Below are positions 11,975 to 25,321 of a stretch of DNA of 64,000 nucleotides, piece by piece (within the stretch, counting starts at the first letter, position 1; every line of letters begins with the position of its first letter). The position numbers and the translations under genes were made by a program. The notes under the pieces are model-generated. The model did not search any database. It was not told the origin of the DNA and saw only the letters and a list, made by a program, of their open reading frames with translations. The stretch is from Octopus bimaculoides (lineage: Eukaryota). The stretch spans positions 71,771,982 through 71,835,981 of the forward strand of contig NC_068981.1 in NCBI RefSeq assembly GCF_001194135.2, in the 5' to 3' direction.

Positions 11975-12119
11975 GGTAACCAACCTGGTGCATAAGATCT
12001 CCAATTCTCCCAGGAAAGAACGAGCTTTGAAAATTTACACTGAAGATTTAAAATCGACCAGACTTTTGCCATCTCCTGTAGTTCCCTCTGCTGCTGGTGC
12101 AGCTTCTGGGCTAGACTAG
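11975..12119 (+). CDS. USP47: USP47 terminal coding exon
   Basis: tttttgacag|G GTA...GAC TAG; VTNLVHKISNSPRKERALKIYTEDLKSTRLLPSPVVPSAAGAASGLD*; SPRKERALKIY matches the conserved USP47 C-terminal motif SPRKEKALKIY. Confidence 0.93.
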
Positions 12120-13291
12120 TATAATAATAATATCAATAATAATAATGAGTTGCTGATCTTCATCTGTCTGTCTTCTCTTGTGATGTAAATAGAAACAGAA
12201 TGAGAAGCAAAAAATGACAGTGTTATAAACTGTTAAAAAGAACATGTTCTGGTTGTTGTGCAATGACTATATTTCCTTCCTTAGCTTTTGAATGGATGTT
12301 TCTGCTTCATTTTAAAGAGATTTCTGCCCTTTTGATCTTTCCTTGATTCTTTTCTCTCCTTTTACTTGCAGGGAATGACAATACAACTTTATGAAGCAGT
12401 TGCTGTTTTTACAGCAATAATCCAGTAGTTTATTGTTATATTATAAAGGAAATATCTCTGATGTTTTCGTATCTTTTCCATTGCAAATCCTAATGTACAT
12501 AGGTTCTATGTGCATTTGAAATTTACTACTAATGAATAGCTTTTATTTGTGAAATCCCATGCCATAATTGAACTCTCAGTGAAACAACAAAATAGCAATA
12601 TTTTAAATGCATGCATACATAATGTGCTTATGTATATGCACACACACACATACTTATGCATATGCATAACATTCTTACATCAAACAAGCAAATATTAATT
12701 TTGACCAATAGAAATAGTTTTTTTTTTTTCACTTTCTTTTTCTGTTGGAACAAACGAGAGGTTGTAAAGAAGTCTGTCCAAATATCGATGCCTAATTCTT
12801 CCCCCACAATTATTTATTTTATTTTTCATTAAAAAAAAAAAGTTGTCTGTGATTGATTGTTTATTAAGAAGCAGGCAGATTAACTTTGAGATCATTAGAC
12901 TCACAGTCGCTTAGCATATTTTAATAATTTGCAAGGTACAATTGCTTTACAAACCAACTGGTTAATCTGTTATTTAGTAACTGGATTGTGTGATCTTACC
13001 TTACAGGTATGTTTTAGATTGTCTATTGCGAAAAAAAAAGCATAGTAGCTGCTACAGACATTTCAGCTTGATTGTTAATCTGTACAGATGATATTGAATT
13101 GCTTTTCCTTTATACTGTATATTTTGTTTTGGTTGCTTTAGCAATGACTGTTGTTGTACTTTTGTTGTTATTAGTTTTACAGTATGTGTTTTTAAAGTAA
13201 ATAAAAATCCACTATTTGAGTACTGCTGCCATTAGTCTAGAAAATTAGACAAATTTATTATTGTTAAATTTTGAGGTGATAGCAACTTTAA

Positions 13292-13331
<40 letters not shown>

Positions 13332-13381
13332 TTATTTCACCCTCACTTTTTCAACCCGTTCACTTCTCTCTTTCAAATCTG

Positions 13382-13425
<44 letters not shown>

Positions 13426-14790
13426 AATACACATGCAATATGAATTACTGGTGTGTTAAGTGTTCCATTATTTTGTTGCAATAATGCACTGTAGAACATG
13501 TAGGTTTTTCAGTCAGCACTGCATGTAATGACAACTGTAAACAACCTGCCTGTACAATGTGTGTGCAGACAAAACTGTATATCCCTATCCATTGAAAGCA
13601 CTTGTGTACATATCTATCTAAACATAATCTCTTGTATAACTATTTACATAATGCAAAAACAAAGTTCTTACTCAGTTAAATATTTACTGGTGGATGTGCC
13701 TGTTAAGCAGCTGTGTGTAACGTTTATGAAATCTTCTAGAAGATAAAAAGTATGGAATTGATTGCTAGATTGTTGTGAAACGTTGAACTCAATTCGGGAT
13801 AGACAAATAAATAGGTGAAAAAAAAATCCCTCCAGTGAATAAAAAGGGTTAAATGACATGTTTTACTTATACATTTGTTTTGAGTCTCTTGTGCCTGTTA
13901 GTGTATATCTTGAATACAACATGACTGTATTACAGAACTGAGATATTGTTATGATTAATGGAGAAAGTAAGATCATTACAGTGGATATAATTTGGTTCAA
14001 ATGTGTTAACAGCTTTGCCAATTACACTATTGTCTAGTAAATATTATTTGAACTAGTAGAGTTTTGTTGTTGTTTTTTTTTTCCGTCATTTCAACTGCTG
14101 TAATCCCAATCATCCTCATGCTATATATTATGTTGTATAGTCTCTTGTATTCTAGTTTAATTCCAAAATAAATAAAATGAAATATATAGTAAAAATAAAA
14201 ATGAAAAAAGCCCTTATAAACCCAAGACTATTAGGATAAATTTTTATACAAACTTGAGGATAATTGTAAATTGCTTCAGCTGAAATTTGTAACAAAAAAA
14301 CAACAATAAAAGTTAAGTTCACTAATCTGAATATTTTCATGCTTTGTTTTAAAAATTATACAAATGCAACTCTCTGTTGCCTTAATCTTAGTATAACAAC
14401 CTTGGCTTTTTCTACAAGGAACTGTTTTTAATTGATATACAAAATGTTTATGATCAAATTACTATTCACACACTTGATTGGTTAAGAAGACCTCATTGCT
14501 TGGCTTTTTTCATATTTCATTGCATAACTTCCTTTCAGAAGAGATTGTGCTCATTGACTGGCATGTATTATTTTGGTCATCTCTGGAAATCGATAGATGC
14601 TGAACACTTATCTAGAGGAACAATGAAGGTGTTGCAAAGGTTTTACAAGTTCAATTCTTGGATATAGTTATTTAAGTGTATATAAAAATATGGCATCTGA
14701 AGATGCTCTGATAGACTTATTGCTACATTTGTGTAAATAAAAATACAAAATATCCACGTAATATGCTGTATTAAACTTTATTTAATGTAT
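12120..14790 (+). other. putative long 3' UTR of USP47
   Basis: repeat-poor U-rich stretch after the stop; AATAAA at 13200 and 14736; TE density rises after about 14.9 kb; the end point is inferred. Confidence 0.4.
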
Positions 14791-15350
14791 TGTAAAAATT
14801 TCTATAACAAACACAAACTAATGCTCAGATCTTAGCAATATTTAAAAGTTGCTTTTTTCCTCACCATATTAATTCTGTGATTTTGTTATTTGGATGATGG
14901 AATCATTTATTATTTCTTTTACATACTGTGTTTCCATCTTCTCTCTCTTGTGTGTGTGTGTGCGATATAATTTTCCAGAGATTTTGTGACGATCAAGTGG
15001 ACTGGGATGTGGAATTTCACCTATTAATTTATTCAAATATTTTAGGATTAATTATACCTTTTTAATCACCCTGTGTATGATGCAACTTGTGTGAATTTTA
15101 TTGTGTATGATACTCTTCTTGAAGTAAAACCAACAGAGGGAGTGGCCATTCAAGTTGTCAGCAATAAGTCGATAGGGTGATTGAGGATATAAATACAAGG
15201 AAAATAGCTGACCCATCAGAAATTGTCATTGTGATGCTTAGAATATCTGAAGTAGGATATGGGTTAGTTGCAGAAATAGTCAATACCAACATGGAAGGTG
15301 GATGTTAAACGATGATAATGTAATACAGAAAGTTATTATATTCAATGACT

Positions 15351-15562
15351 TATGAGGGAATGCTGGAAAGTTTTGGGTATCACGAAAGGCCTGGTTGGAG
15401 GTGCAACCATCCAAGTTCTTTTACAAGGCTTAGGAAAACTGCAAGACCACTGCAATAAATGTGTGAATCTGTGAGGGGAATATGTTGAATAAGATCATAA
15501 TTAACTGATCCTCCTGTATTTTCTCTTATCCAAAGCCAGGAACTTTTCAGCACCCACTTGTA
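15351..15562 (+). mobile_element. mariner-derived MITE
   Basis: TA-flanked TIRs tatgagggaatgctggaaagtttt / ccaggaacttttcagcacccacttgta; carries a remnant of the mariner C-terminus (NKCVNL.GEYVE*). Confidence 0.75.
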
Positions 15563-15564
15563 TA

Positions 15565-17680
15565 TAGCAGTATTATTGTAAACTGTTACAAAGGTAAAGG
15601 AGATACACTAGAGAGGGAGAACTACAGGAACATCAAAGTGTTGGACCATGTCATGAAAGTTACAGAAAGATATTGCAAAATTGATTCAGTTAATATGCTG
15701 TTTGGCTTTATACCAAGAAGAGGTACTACCAATGCCATCTTCCTTGTAATCTAAAAGTAAGAGAAATACTTAGCTAGTATCCATAGATTTGTTAAAAACC
15801 TTTAGTAAAAACGTTTAGTAAAAAGGTTAAAACCCTTTAGTAAAGGCTCACACTCTGTCATCTGGTATGTGTGAATGGCTAGTGAGGGCTGTACAAGCTA
15901 TGTACAGAAATACAGTCAGCAACAGAATGAGTTAACAATACATACAGTGATGACTTTGAGCAATGTGAGTGGAGGGGCATCAGTGCTTTGTCCTCAACTT
16001 TCTGCTTATTGTAGTCCTTCAAGCCATAACATGAGTTTAAGGCTAACTGTCTGGGAACAGATGTATGTTGGTAACCTTGTTTTTATACCAGAATCTGAGG
16101 AAGATTTAGAGAAATTCTAGACATGAAAACTTCAACTGGAATTGAAAGGCTTTGAAGTAAACTTGGCCAAGATTAAAAGTTATGCTGAGTAGAAAAGATG
16201 GTTTTGCTGCTATCAGGGAAAGGGATGTGCTCAGTATGCAGTAAAGGAGTAGAAAGAAACAACATACAGCATGCCCAGTATAGACAATGGACTCACGAGG
16301 TGCTGTGGGATTACAGACAGACTAAAAGCAAAGGTATCCTTCACAAATACATTAAGCATGATGAATACTTGATGAATTGATTCCCTCAACTGCTCAGAAG
16401 GATCCCTAGAAGTAGTTAGTTACTTAGGTAACTAACTGATAGTAGGGATGGGTGCTTTGAAAGCATACTAGCCATAGTAAGAATGAGATAGAAAAAGTGT
16501 AGAGAACTATAAACCACTGCTGGCAAAGAAAGGTTTCTCTTCAGAGTGAAAGACAAAGTGTATGATATTTGTTTGCAAAAGGCAGTACTTCATGGTAGTG
16601 GAATGTGGATGCTGTATTTGTGGAGGTTAGAAAGAAATGAGGTAAGTTTGTTTTGCTGGATGTGTAATGTCAGTGCATGAACAACATTGTACAAATGACC
16701 TGAGAGAAAAGTTATTATAAGAAGGATGAAATATAGTTTGTAAGAGAGAAGACTATTGGTGTGGGCATGTGATGCATGTGATTGACAACAAGCTGCATCA
16801 AAGGGGATGAAACTTAAGCTAACACAGCACCTAGAAAGAAATAGAATGAAGTGGTGAAAACTGATTTTGTGATGCTGGACCTCAGAAAAGAGATGTCAGT
16901 TGGTGATAAGCAAACATGGTAGAGAGAAAACTAGCCAAGAGAGTGCTGATGGTCGGGATGCTCTCATTTCCCTGCCTTTCTTTCTCTCACTTCATATCCT
17001 CTTTGCTTGGTGTGCTTTCACAGCATTCCATCCTCTTTTCTTCCCCTCTACTTCTATGGTACTTTATAGCCTCTTTTTCTCTCACTGTCATCTTGCAGCT
17101 TCTCTCCCACTTGAACAGCCACACACTTCTCCTTTATGGCCAATCTCCATGACTCCCCCTACATCTCCCTTTCCTTCAGTGGTCCTCTCCCCACATCTCT
17201 GCAGATCCACATTGCTCATTTCTTTTATGCCCCTCTCCCCAACTTCCTGCCCATGATCACCCTACTCAGCCAACCCCATCACCCTTACTAATCTGTCCCT
17301 TTCTCACCCTGCCACATATCCCTCCTGTTTCTTATATACCCACACCTCAACAGAATCTATTCTGTTACCACCCTCTCACAGCACTAAATATGTTCCTCAA
17401 TACTTTAACCTCTCATAACCTTACCTCACCTGCTGCTATTCTCATTTTGATAATGGTGGTTCTTTAGTCTTGTAATTGACGAAATGACCTTGCTAGTACT
17501 GGTTCCATGGAAAAAGTTTCTAGTACACTCTGTAAAGTGGTTGGCATTAGGAAGGACCTTCAACCATAGAAAGCCTGACAAAATTGAGATATTGGAGCAA
17601 GCTAGGGTCCTCTAACCTGTTGGATCCTGCTGGACAATCTAACCCATGCCAACATGGGAAATGGTTGAAAAATGATGATG
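15565..17680 (+). mobile_element. 5'-truncated degenerate RTE LINE with CT-rich 3' UTR and tail
   Basis: HVMKVTER...FGFIPRRGTTNAIFLV...EKYLA; LERNEVSLFCWMCNVS; ends in aacccatgccaacatgg...atgatgatg tail. Confidence 0.8.
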
Positions 17681-18889
17681 AAGATATATACGTAGGTATG
17701 GAAACTTCGGTCAAAAATCAGTGCAACTAGAAATGCAAATGAAGTTCAATAAAAGCTATATAGATGACTGCAGAGTGAATAGTTATATTTTACAGATAAA
17801 GCTTTAGCTATGAATTATTGCTATTAATAATTCCAAAAGCTTTTTGGAAACTGCTGAAACTATAAATCTGTTATAGGATAATTTAAGTAAGACAAATGCA
17901 AGATCTGTCAAGAGGATAAATCCAGTGTAGGGACAACTATCTAGCAACTGTGTATGGGACATAGAAATACTTAAGACTGTGAGTGAATGCACTGTAAGAT
18001 GACTAGGGGTAGTGATAGACCATTGGAAGAAGGAAAACCCTGAATTGAAACCCTTGCTATATTGTGGGACTCTTTGAAGGAGTTGGAGTACTCTGGCATA
18101 AATCTTGAAATGTTGGTATATGGTTGTTTCATCTTTGTGGCATAAGAAACTCCTTGCCTTACTCAAAAAGTGGATTACATGTAGTACAATCTCAGTTCAC
18201 TATAAGAAAACTTGTGCCCAAGTACCTTTTTGGAATGTGTCATGCTCATGTGATTTCCAACTCTAGTGTGATATTTTTTTCTCAAGCCCTTTGGCAACAG
18301 GGTGGTTTTGATGGTGTGTTTAAATTTAACTGACTAGAAGTATGTAATGAAAACACTGCTCATGGGTGGGTTTGAGAGGTCACCATGCTGTTCATGAATT
18401 GAGGGTGTTCACATTTGAAAATGAATAGACAATCATCACATTTATGTATGTATAAATATATATATATATATGTGTGTGTATGGTGATGGAAATCAACTCA
18501 ATAAATAGTATGACCATTGCTTGTTAATGAGCTGCAAAATGAAGATGGCATTTTAGTTCAGTTGATGATATACAGCGTTTACCATGACTATTAAATAAAT
18601 ATTTCTTTGTGAAGTACAATATAGAATTATGACATTTGGCATTGTGTACAAACAATTGTCTTGTCAGACAAACAATAGGAAGATAATGTTTATTATATGA
18701 TTGGCTGATATGCATTCCTTCAGGTGGGAAAGATTTATTATTAACTTGCTTTTGTTCATGTTCCCTTGAGCTGTTAATAAGACCAGCCTTAGGTAGACAA
18801 ATCTGGTTACAAATTGAACATTTTAGATTTTTTTTTTTTTTAATATCTATGAGGCTGCATTTTCTTGCATCCTGTTTTAATTTTCAGTG

Positions 18890-19260
18890 TTGAATGTGAT
18901 TCTCTTCAAAATACATGGATGCATTGAGTATAGTTTTTCTTCATGCTGCCTCTTCAATTGCAGTTATTTCCCAACTCTGTGTGGATGTTGCCTTTTATTT
19001 TTTTTTTGTTCAGATCAGATTCAAGACGGTCTTTGTAGCTTAACTTTGGTTTGTAAAGAAGTTTTTTTTCCCAGAACATAGTTTTCCATAGAGTTGACTC
19101 TAAGAATTCTTTCATCTTCCATACAGACTACACGTAAGCAAAAGATCTCTGCTTACGATATTGGTTTACCACAAGACCTTGACATCATTCGTATCTTTCC
19201 AAGACATATGCAAAAATTTGCCAAAGACACTTTTGCAGAAAACACTCCCACTGTTTAACA
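18890..19260 (-). mobile_element. RTE/BovB-like LINE 3' ORF relic
   Basis: minus-strand frames give CMEDERIL and KPKLSYKDRLESDL (cf. RMEDxRIP...KPKLRYKD), with frameshifts. Confidence 0.65.
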
Positions 19261-20455
19261 TGGGTTGAATATAACGTCCATGTTCCCCAGTCATACTACA
19301 AAACATGCTTTGAAAATACATATTTGAGTGTCATTTTTTAAAAATATTGATATCATTGAAAATTAATATCTTTACTAAGGTCTCGACAAATATGAAAGAT
19401 ACACTATCTATTTATCTATCTACTTACCTATCTACTCTCCTGTCCATCCAACCATCCATCAATCTGTTGAGTTTCATTATAATGAATATTGACATAATCC
19501 CCTCTCTCTTCGGAGAGGCACAAGCACATACACAGACATATACACACACGGCAGTAACTTCCGCCTACCAAATCCACTCACAAAGTTTTGGTCGGCCTGG
19601 GGCTATAGCAGAAGACACTTGCCCAAGGTGCCACGCTGTGGGACACCAATTGTTCAGAGTGGGCAGTGTGGAGCAGGATGTTTATTGTATCACTATTTTA
19701 GTAATATCAAATGTTACCAAATTGTTTGAGGGCATTTGAAATTAGTGATGTGAAGAATATTGGATTGGACTTGCTGTCACATCTAACAATGCCTCTACTC
19801 TTCATAATTAGCTAACTGTACACCATTTTTTTTTTTACCTGCTCACATCTGCTTTTGTCACTTCTATCTCTCCACTATTCACTTTTTCAGATTCTTCCAA
19901 CCTAGAATGTCAACCCTCTCTTTTTCCCCATATTATTTCTCCAGACATCAGTGTTCAGATGTTCAAACAAACAGTTACAGTTTCAATCTTACTTATTAAA
20001 AAAACAAAATGAGGGCCTGAAAAGTCTGGTTGATGAGTATAAGGTCATCAAAATTGAGTGCCTCTTTACATTTATATCATTTACATAAGTATTGCTTATA
20101 ATACTTTAAAAAAGAAGAGTTGGGATTCATCCAAAGTTAGTGATATTAATGTTTCCTACTAGGAATTGACATTTGGCTATGTATTCAGTTTACATAATCT
20201 TACTGTGCAAGAATAGACAAATAGGTGTTCATGAATAAAAAAAATCATTGCTCTTAACTCACTCCATCTCAAAGTAAACAGATTCAAATCTGATGGGCAT
20301 CAGATAAAAAAGAAAAAGAGCCCACATTTTTGTTCTCATCAATGCCAAGTGTCATTTGATTCTTCTTCCATCACTTCCATCTATTTCTTCTTATTACACT
20401 ATATTACACTTACTATGCGACAAAGAATTTTAACAATATATTTCAGTTGTTTTAA

Positions 20456-20671
20456 CCCTTTCGTTACCAACTCAGCTGAAACCGGCTCTGGTTCTAAGTA
20501 CAAATGTCTTGTTTTCATAAGTTTTGAATAAAAATCTACCAAACCTTAGCCACAATTTATGTTCCTAACACTAACTGAATGATAATTCAGTTATTTTACT
20601 AAATCCTTTGTTATATTTAGATTAATTGAAAGAAACACAGAGCATCTCAAAATAATATGGTAATGAAAGGG
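20456..20671. mobile_element. piggyBac-type MITE, second family (related copy about 53245-53432)
   Basis: TTAA|CCCTTTCGTTACC...GGTAATGAAAGGG|TTTA. Confidence 0.75.
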
Positions 20672-20675
20672 TTTA

Positions 20676-20890
20676 GGCAGTAAGCTGGCAGAATTGTTAG
20701 CATGCTAGACAAAATGCTTAGTGGTATTTTGACTGTCTTTACATTCTGAGTTCAAATTCTGCTGAGGTCGACTTTGTCTGTCATCCTTTCAGGGGAAATG
20801 AAATAAAGTACTCGTGGAGCACTGGGGTTGATGTAATCAATTAACACCCTCCTCCAAATTTCAGGCCTTGTGCCTATAATAGTATATTTT
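20676..20890 (+). mobile_element. tRNA-derived SINE family C (MetaSINE-like core; copies at 22585-23010, 50745-50935, 51515-51650, 53555-53775, 60218-60860)
   Basis: gtaagctggcagaattgttag...gagttcaaattctgctgagg (B box)...tcatcctttcagggg...aaataaagtac...ctggggttgatgtaatc; the Meta-domain assignment is from recall. Confidence 0.7.
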
Positions 20891-21244
20891 AGTTGCTGTG
20901 ACTGTTTTAGGATTTGATAGTGAAGCAAATGATTTCTGAATGAAGATAAGTAGTTTAATGAGTGAGAGATTTTTACTACTATATCATCAGTAAATGAAGT
21001 AATTCATAAATTACAGCAAGTTATGAACTAATTATTAAAGAGATTCATGTCATTCTTTGACAATCACCAAAACAATTTTCTAAGTTTGAATTAAAACCTT
21101 GGGAAAGTATCTACTTAGTGCCAAAAGGCATAATTCAACACTCATGTTCAATATCAATGATATGAGATACCAATGTTCAGTTGCTGAATAAATAAAATCA
21201 CCACTCCAGTATGTGATCTAATACATCTAAAAATTATATAACAT

Positions 21245-21460
21245 TAATCCTGATGAAAAGATCCTGGCTTTGGGTAAGAGAAAATACAGCAGGATCAGTT
21301 AATTATGATTTTATTCAACATATTCTCCTCTTAGATTCACACACTATTGCAGTGGTCCTTCAGTTTCTTTAAGCCCCGTGAAAGAACTCAGAAGGTTGGG
21401 CCTGCAACCAGGCATTTCATGATACCTTTAAAGTCAGGAACTTTTCAGCAGCCCTTCATA
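21245..21460 (-). mobile_element. mariner-derived MITE, same family as 15351
   Basis: reverse-orientation copy ending aaagtcaggaacttttcagcagcccttcata. Confidence 0.7.
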
Positions 21461-22537
21461 TATGATATTCATGAAATGTATATTAAGTTCATGCATGGTG
21501 CAGACATAGTTGTGTGGTTGAGAAACTTGCTTCCGAACCATGTGGTTTCTGGTTCAGTCACACTGTGTGGCATCTTGGGTGTCTTCTTCAAAAGTCCTGA
21601 GCTGACAAATGAAAGTTTTGTAACAGGATTTAGTGGACAGAAATTCTGTGTGTTTCAATTCCCTGGTCTTGATATTGCACGAGAGATGTTAACAAACATT
21701 ACCATTATACAAGTAGTGCCTTTTTTTTTTGCAGTCTTCTTTGAAAACATGTCCTACTATTATGCTGCTCATGTTCAAAGGACAAGGAGAAATATTACCT
21801 CACTTTTAAACTAGTGAGGGTTGGCAACAGTGAGGGCATCTGGCTTAGGAAATCTGCCTCACTGAATACTGTTTGACCCATGCAAGCATGGAAAAGTTGG
21901 CATTAAGACGATGATAATGTTGCTACCAGTATTTGAAATATATTTCATTTGTAACTTTTACTGTTAATTCCCACAAGTTAGATTTAGTACTAGAAATGAG
22001 TTACTGTGATTTTTAATGTCTTCATAAAAGAATTGAAAAATGTATGATTTTAATATTCTTTCCTCAATAACGAGGGAAAGAAACAAGGCTGCGATGTCTG
22101 AAAGTTGAAAAAAGAAACAATTAACAGCTGTCTGGTATCTATCCAAGAATTATAAATATAACATTTCTGTCTCTCTACCACTTCATGTGAGTTGGCATCA
22201 ATTATGAATGTACACATAAATACACACATAAAAAATAGATGTATTTAAATATGTGTGATTTCATTTCTAAGTTTAAAGAGAGAAATCGACTGATTAGTTA
22301 ACTCCAGTGTGATTATTCAGCATTGAAAAGTTTATATGATATTAAACCTGAAAAAATTTTTTATTAGGTGTCAATAAAAGCAATTTTATGTCATCAAAAA
22401 GATCAACCAAAACAGAAACCAAAATTGTTTTTTCTAAGGCAATTTCTAATAATTTAATGTATTTAATTTTCATATTTTAGACCAAAAGAAGCATTAAAAT
22501 TTTCTTATTTCAGACATTCTTTAGGATTCACCAATGA

Positions 22538-22573
<36 letters not shown>

Positions 22574-23291
22574 ACAGCAGCAGCAGCTGGGTAGTGAGCT
22601 AGCTGAATTGTTAGCACATCAGACAAAATGCTTAGTAACATTTCTTTTGGCTCTTTACATTCTGAGTTCAAAAATAACTGCAGCTAACTCATCCCCCTCC
22701 CCCCGTCCGCCAGACTGCTGCCCTTGTGGCAAAATTTGAAACCATCATTATTATTCTGCCAGTTCGTTTCCCTAATGGGCAGCGAACTGGCAAAATTGCC
22801 AGCATGCTGGATAAAATGCTTCATGGCATTTTGTCTTTCTGTACATTCTTAGTTCAAATACCACCGAGGTTGACTTTACCTTTCATCATTTTGGGGTTGA
22901 TAAAATAAGTAGCAATCGAGTACTGGGGTTGATGTGATCAACTTACCCTCTCCCCATAACCACTGGCCCTCTACCAAAATTTGAAACCATCACTATTATT
23001 ATTATTGTTTGATGCAACCACTCAGCCTATTTTACTGGATATGATAGAAAGTGTCAGCTATCCACATCCAGCAGACTAAGGTAACATGTTTACTGACCAT
23101 GCTACAAGAGGTTTGATTTTTGTAGGCGTTCCATCTATACCTGGTAACTGAGTGCTGATGCTTCCAAACATGCCTATTACTATTGGTATCAAATTTATCA
23201 CTCAAACAAAAAAAATTATTATCATTATTATTATTATTATTATTAAGAGAGTATTATAGTTGACTTGAAGCATTGTGTATTGTTTGTAAAG

Positions 23292-23931
23292 AATAAAATA
23301 TTTTGAATGACACAACAATGCACTATAATACAAACAATGGACTATAATAACTGTTGTAATTTAATCATCCATAGTCTGATATATTTCAGAATAAAATTCC
23401 TTCTTCAGATATCCCCCTAGGAATTGATGGAGTCGCTACTATAATCAGTTTTTCCAACAACTTTGGAAAACCAATTATAGCAGCGGCTCCATCAATTCCT
23501 AGGGATATCTGTGGGAAAACCGATTATAGTAGTGACTCCATCAATTCTTAGGGATATATGAAGAAGGAATTTTATTCCGAAATATATCAGATTGAGCGAA
23601 ATCGTTGCCAGTGCCCCTGGACTGGCTCTTGTGCGGGTGGCACATAAAAGACACCATTTCGAGCATGGCTGTTTTCGTGCGGGTGACACGTAAAAGCACC
23701 CACTACACTCTCTGAGTGGTTGGCGTTAGGAAGGGCATCTAGCTGTAAAAACTCTGCCAAATTAGATTGGAGCCTGGTGTTGCCATCCGGTTTCACCAGT
23801 CCTCAGTCAAATCGGCCAACCCATGCTAGCATGGAAGGCGGACGTTAAACGATGATGATGGATGATTAAATTACAACAGTTATTATAGTCTATTGTTTGT
23901 ATTATAGTGCATTGTTGTGTCATTCAAAATA

Positions 23932-23939
<8 letters not shown>
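23292..23939. repeat. foldback (long inverted repeat) element interrupted by an RTE-tail insertion
   Basis: 23292-23372 is the reverse complement of 23858-23939 (1 mismatch); 23375-23455 is the reverse complement of about 23514-23593. Confidence 0.85.
23594..23857 (+). mobile_element. young RTE 3'-tail element inserted in the foldback arm
   Basis: same core and (GAT)n tail as the 4362 copy. Confidence 0.85.
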
Positions 23940-23965
<26 letters not shown>

Positions 23966-24790
23966 TAGTCTTATTTTTATCATGTGCTTTCACTGCATTA
24001 CCAAGCACAGCTCTGTGTGCCTTGGGTATCTGCTGTGGTTTGTTGTGGTGCTCTTATTTTCACTGTATTGAAAGTGCTTTACACAGGATGTGTGTGGTAC
24101 CTGATAGTGCTATTTTGTGTATGTTATATACATTTGTAAGAAAAGGTGTTTTGGTTATGTATTTGTCTGAATGTTTTTTAATCATACCTAATGCATCAAT
24201 CATCATAGGGATTGTTTCTGCTTATAGGCTCCACATTCAGGTTACCTCTATTTGCAGATCTTTGTATTTTGAGAGTTTCTCCGTTTCTTTTAGAGATACA
24301 TTGTCATCTGTTGTTATTGATAAATTGATTAGAAGGCATTTTTTTCTTGGTAATCTCTGACAGCTATATCCGGCCTATTAGCCTTGTTTTTGTTTGTTCT
24401 TTTCCAAATAACTTTATCAAATACATTACCATCATCAGTAACTCTGTGTTTCTAACTTGGTGCCATTAGTTGAAAAATCGGTAGAGAATGTATTTCTCTT
24501 GCTTTTTTTGTTCACTCTTTTCAATTGTTCTATAAAGTTTCTTAGACTAGATACAGTTACTACATTCCTAAGCTAACTGTCTGCTACTTTAGTTTCACAA
24601 CACAGATCCAAGAAATACTTTATTTTACCAGTAATAAAGATCATGTGCCAAACCATTGTGAAATTTATCTATAGAAAAACCTGTTATCATAAGAAGAGAT
24701 TATTCTTAGAAGAAAAACACCAGTCATATCATCTGGTTGCTAACACCATTCATACCTTTACAGCAGTCAAAAGAATCTTATCTAATACTG
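23940..24790 (-). mobile_element. R4/Dong-type RLE non-LTR retroposon, 3' end with (TAA)n tail
   Basis: ANRPDIAV..DDNVSLKETEKLSKYKDLQIEV..DALGMIKKHSDKYITKTP..KIALSGTTHILCKALSIQ* (stop 24060-24062), short UTR, then aataataat tail. Confidence 0.8.
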
Positions 24791-25232
24791 AATGAGAAGT
24801 CTATCTCGTTGCATAGCATGAATGGTAATTACGTAATTTCTTTCTTAAGATGTATATTTCCCTAAAAAGTACATGTATTTGTGTGTATTTCAAAATATAG
24901 CTAACTGGAATATTCTACAGGGAGATTATTTGAAATTAAGAATACAAGGGATGAGATAATATATATATATATATATAATGTAGTATCTGGTGCTGGTGTC
25001 ACATAAAAAGCACTGGTGCTGGTGCCACATAAAAATCACTCAGTACACTTTGTAAAGTTGTTGGCATTAGGAAGAGCATCCAGCCATAGAAATCATGCCA
25101 CAACTGACAATGGAGCCTGGTGTGGCCTCCAGCCTTACTGCCTCCTGTCAGATCATTCAACCAAAGCCAGCATGGAAAATGGATGTTAAATGATGGTAAT
25201 TATATGTGTGTGTGTGTGTGTTTGTGTATGTA

Positions 25233-25305
<73 letters not shown>

Positions 25306-25321
25306 GCATGTATGTATATAT

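Noticed and set aside
19082-19258. Plus-strand open frame with CRIB-like KISAYDIGLPQD after an AG
   Set aside because: It is the antisense of a degenerate RTE/BovB ORF
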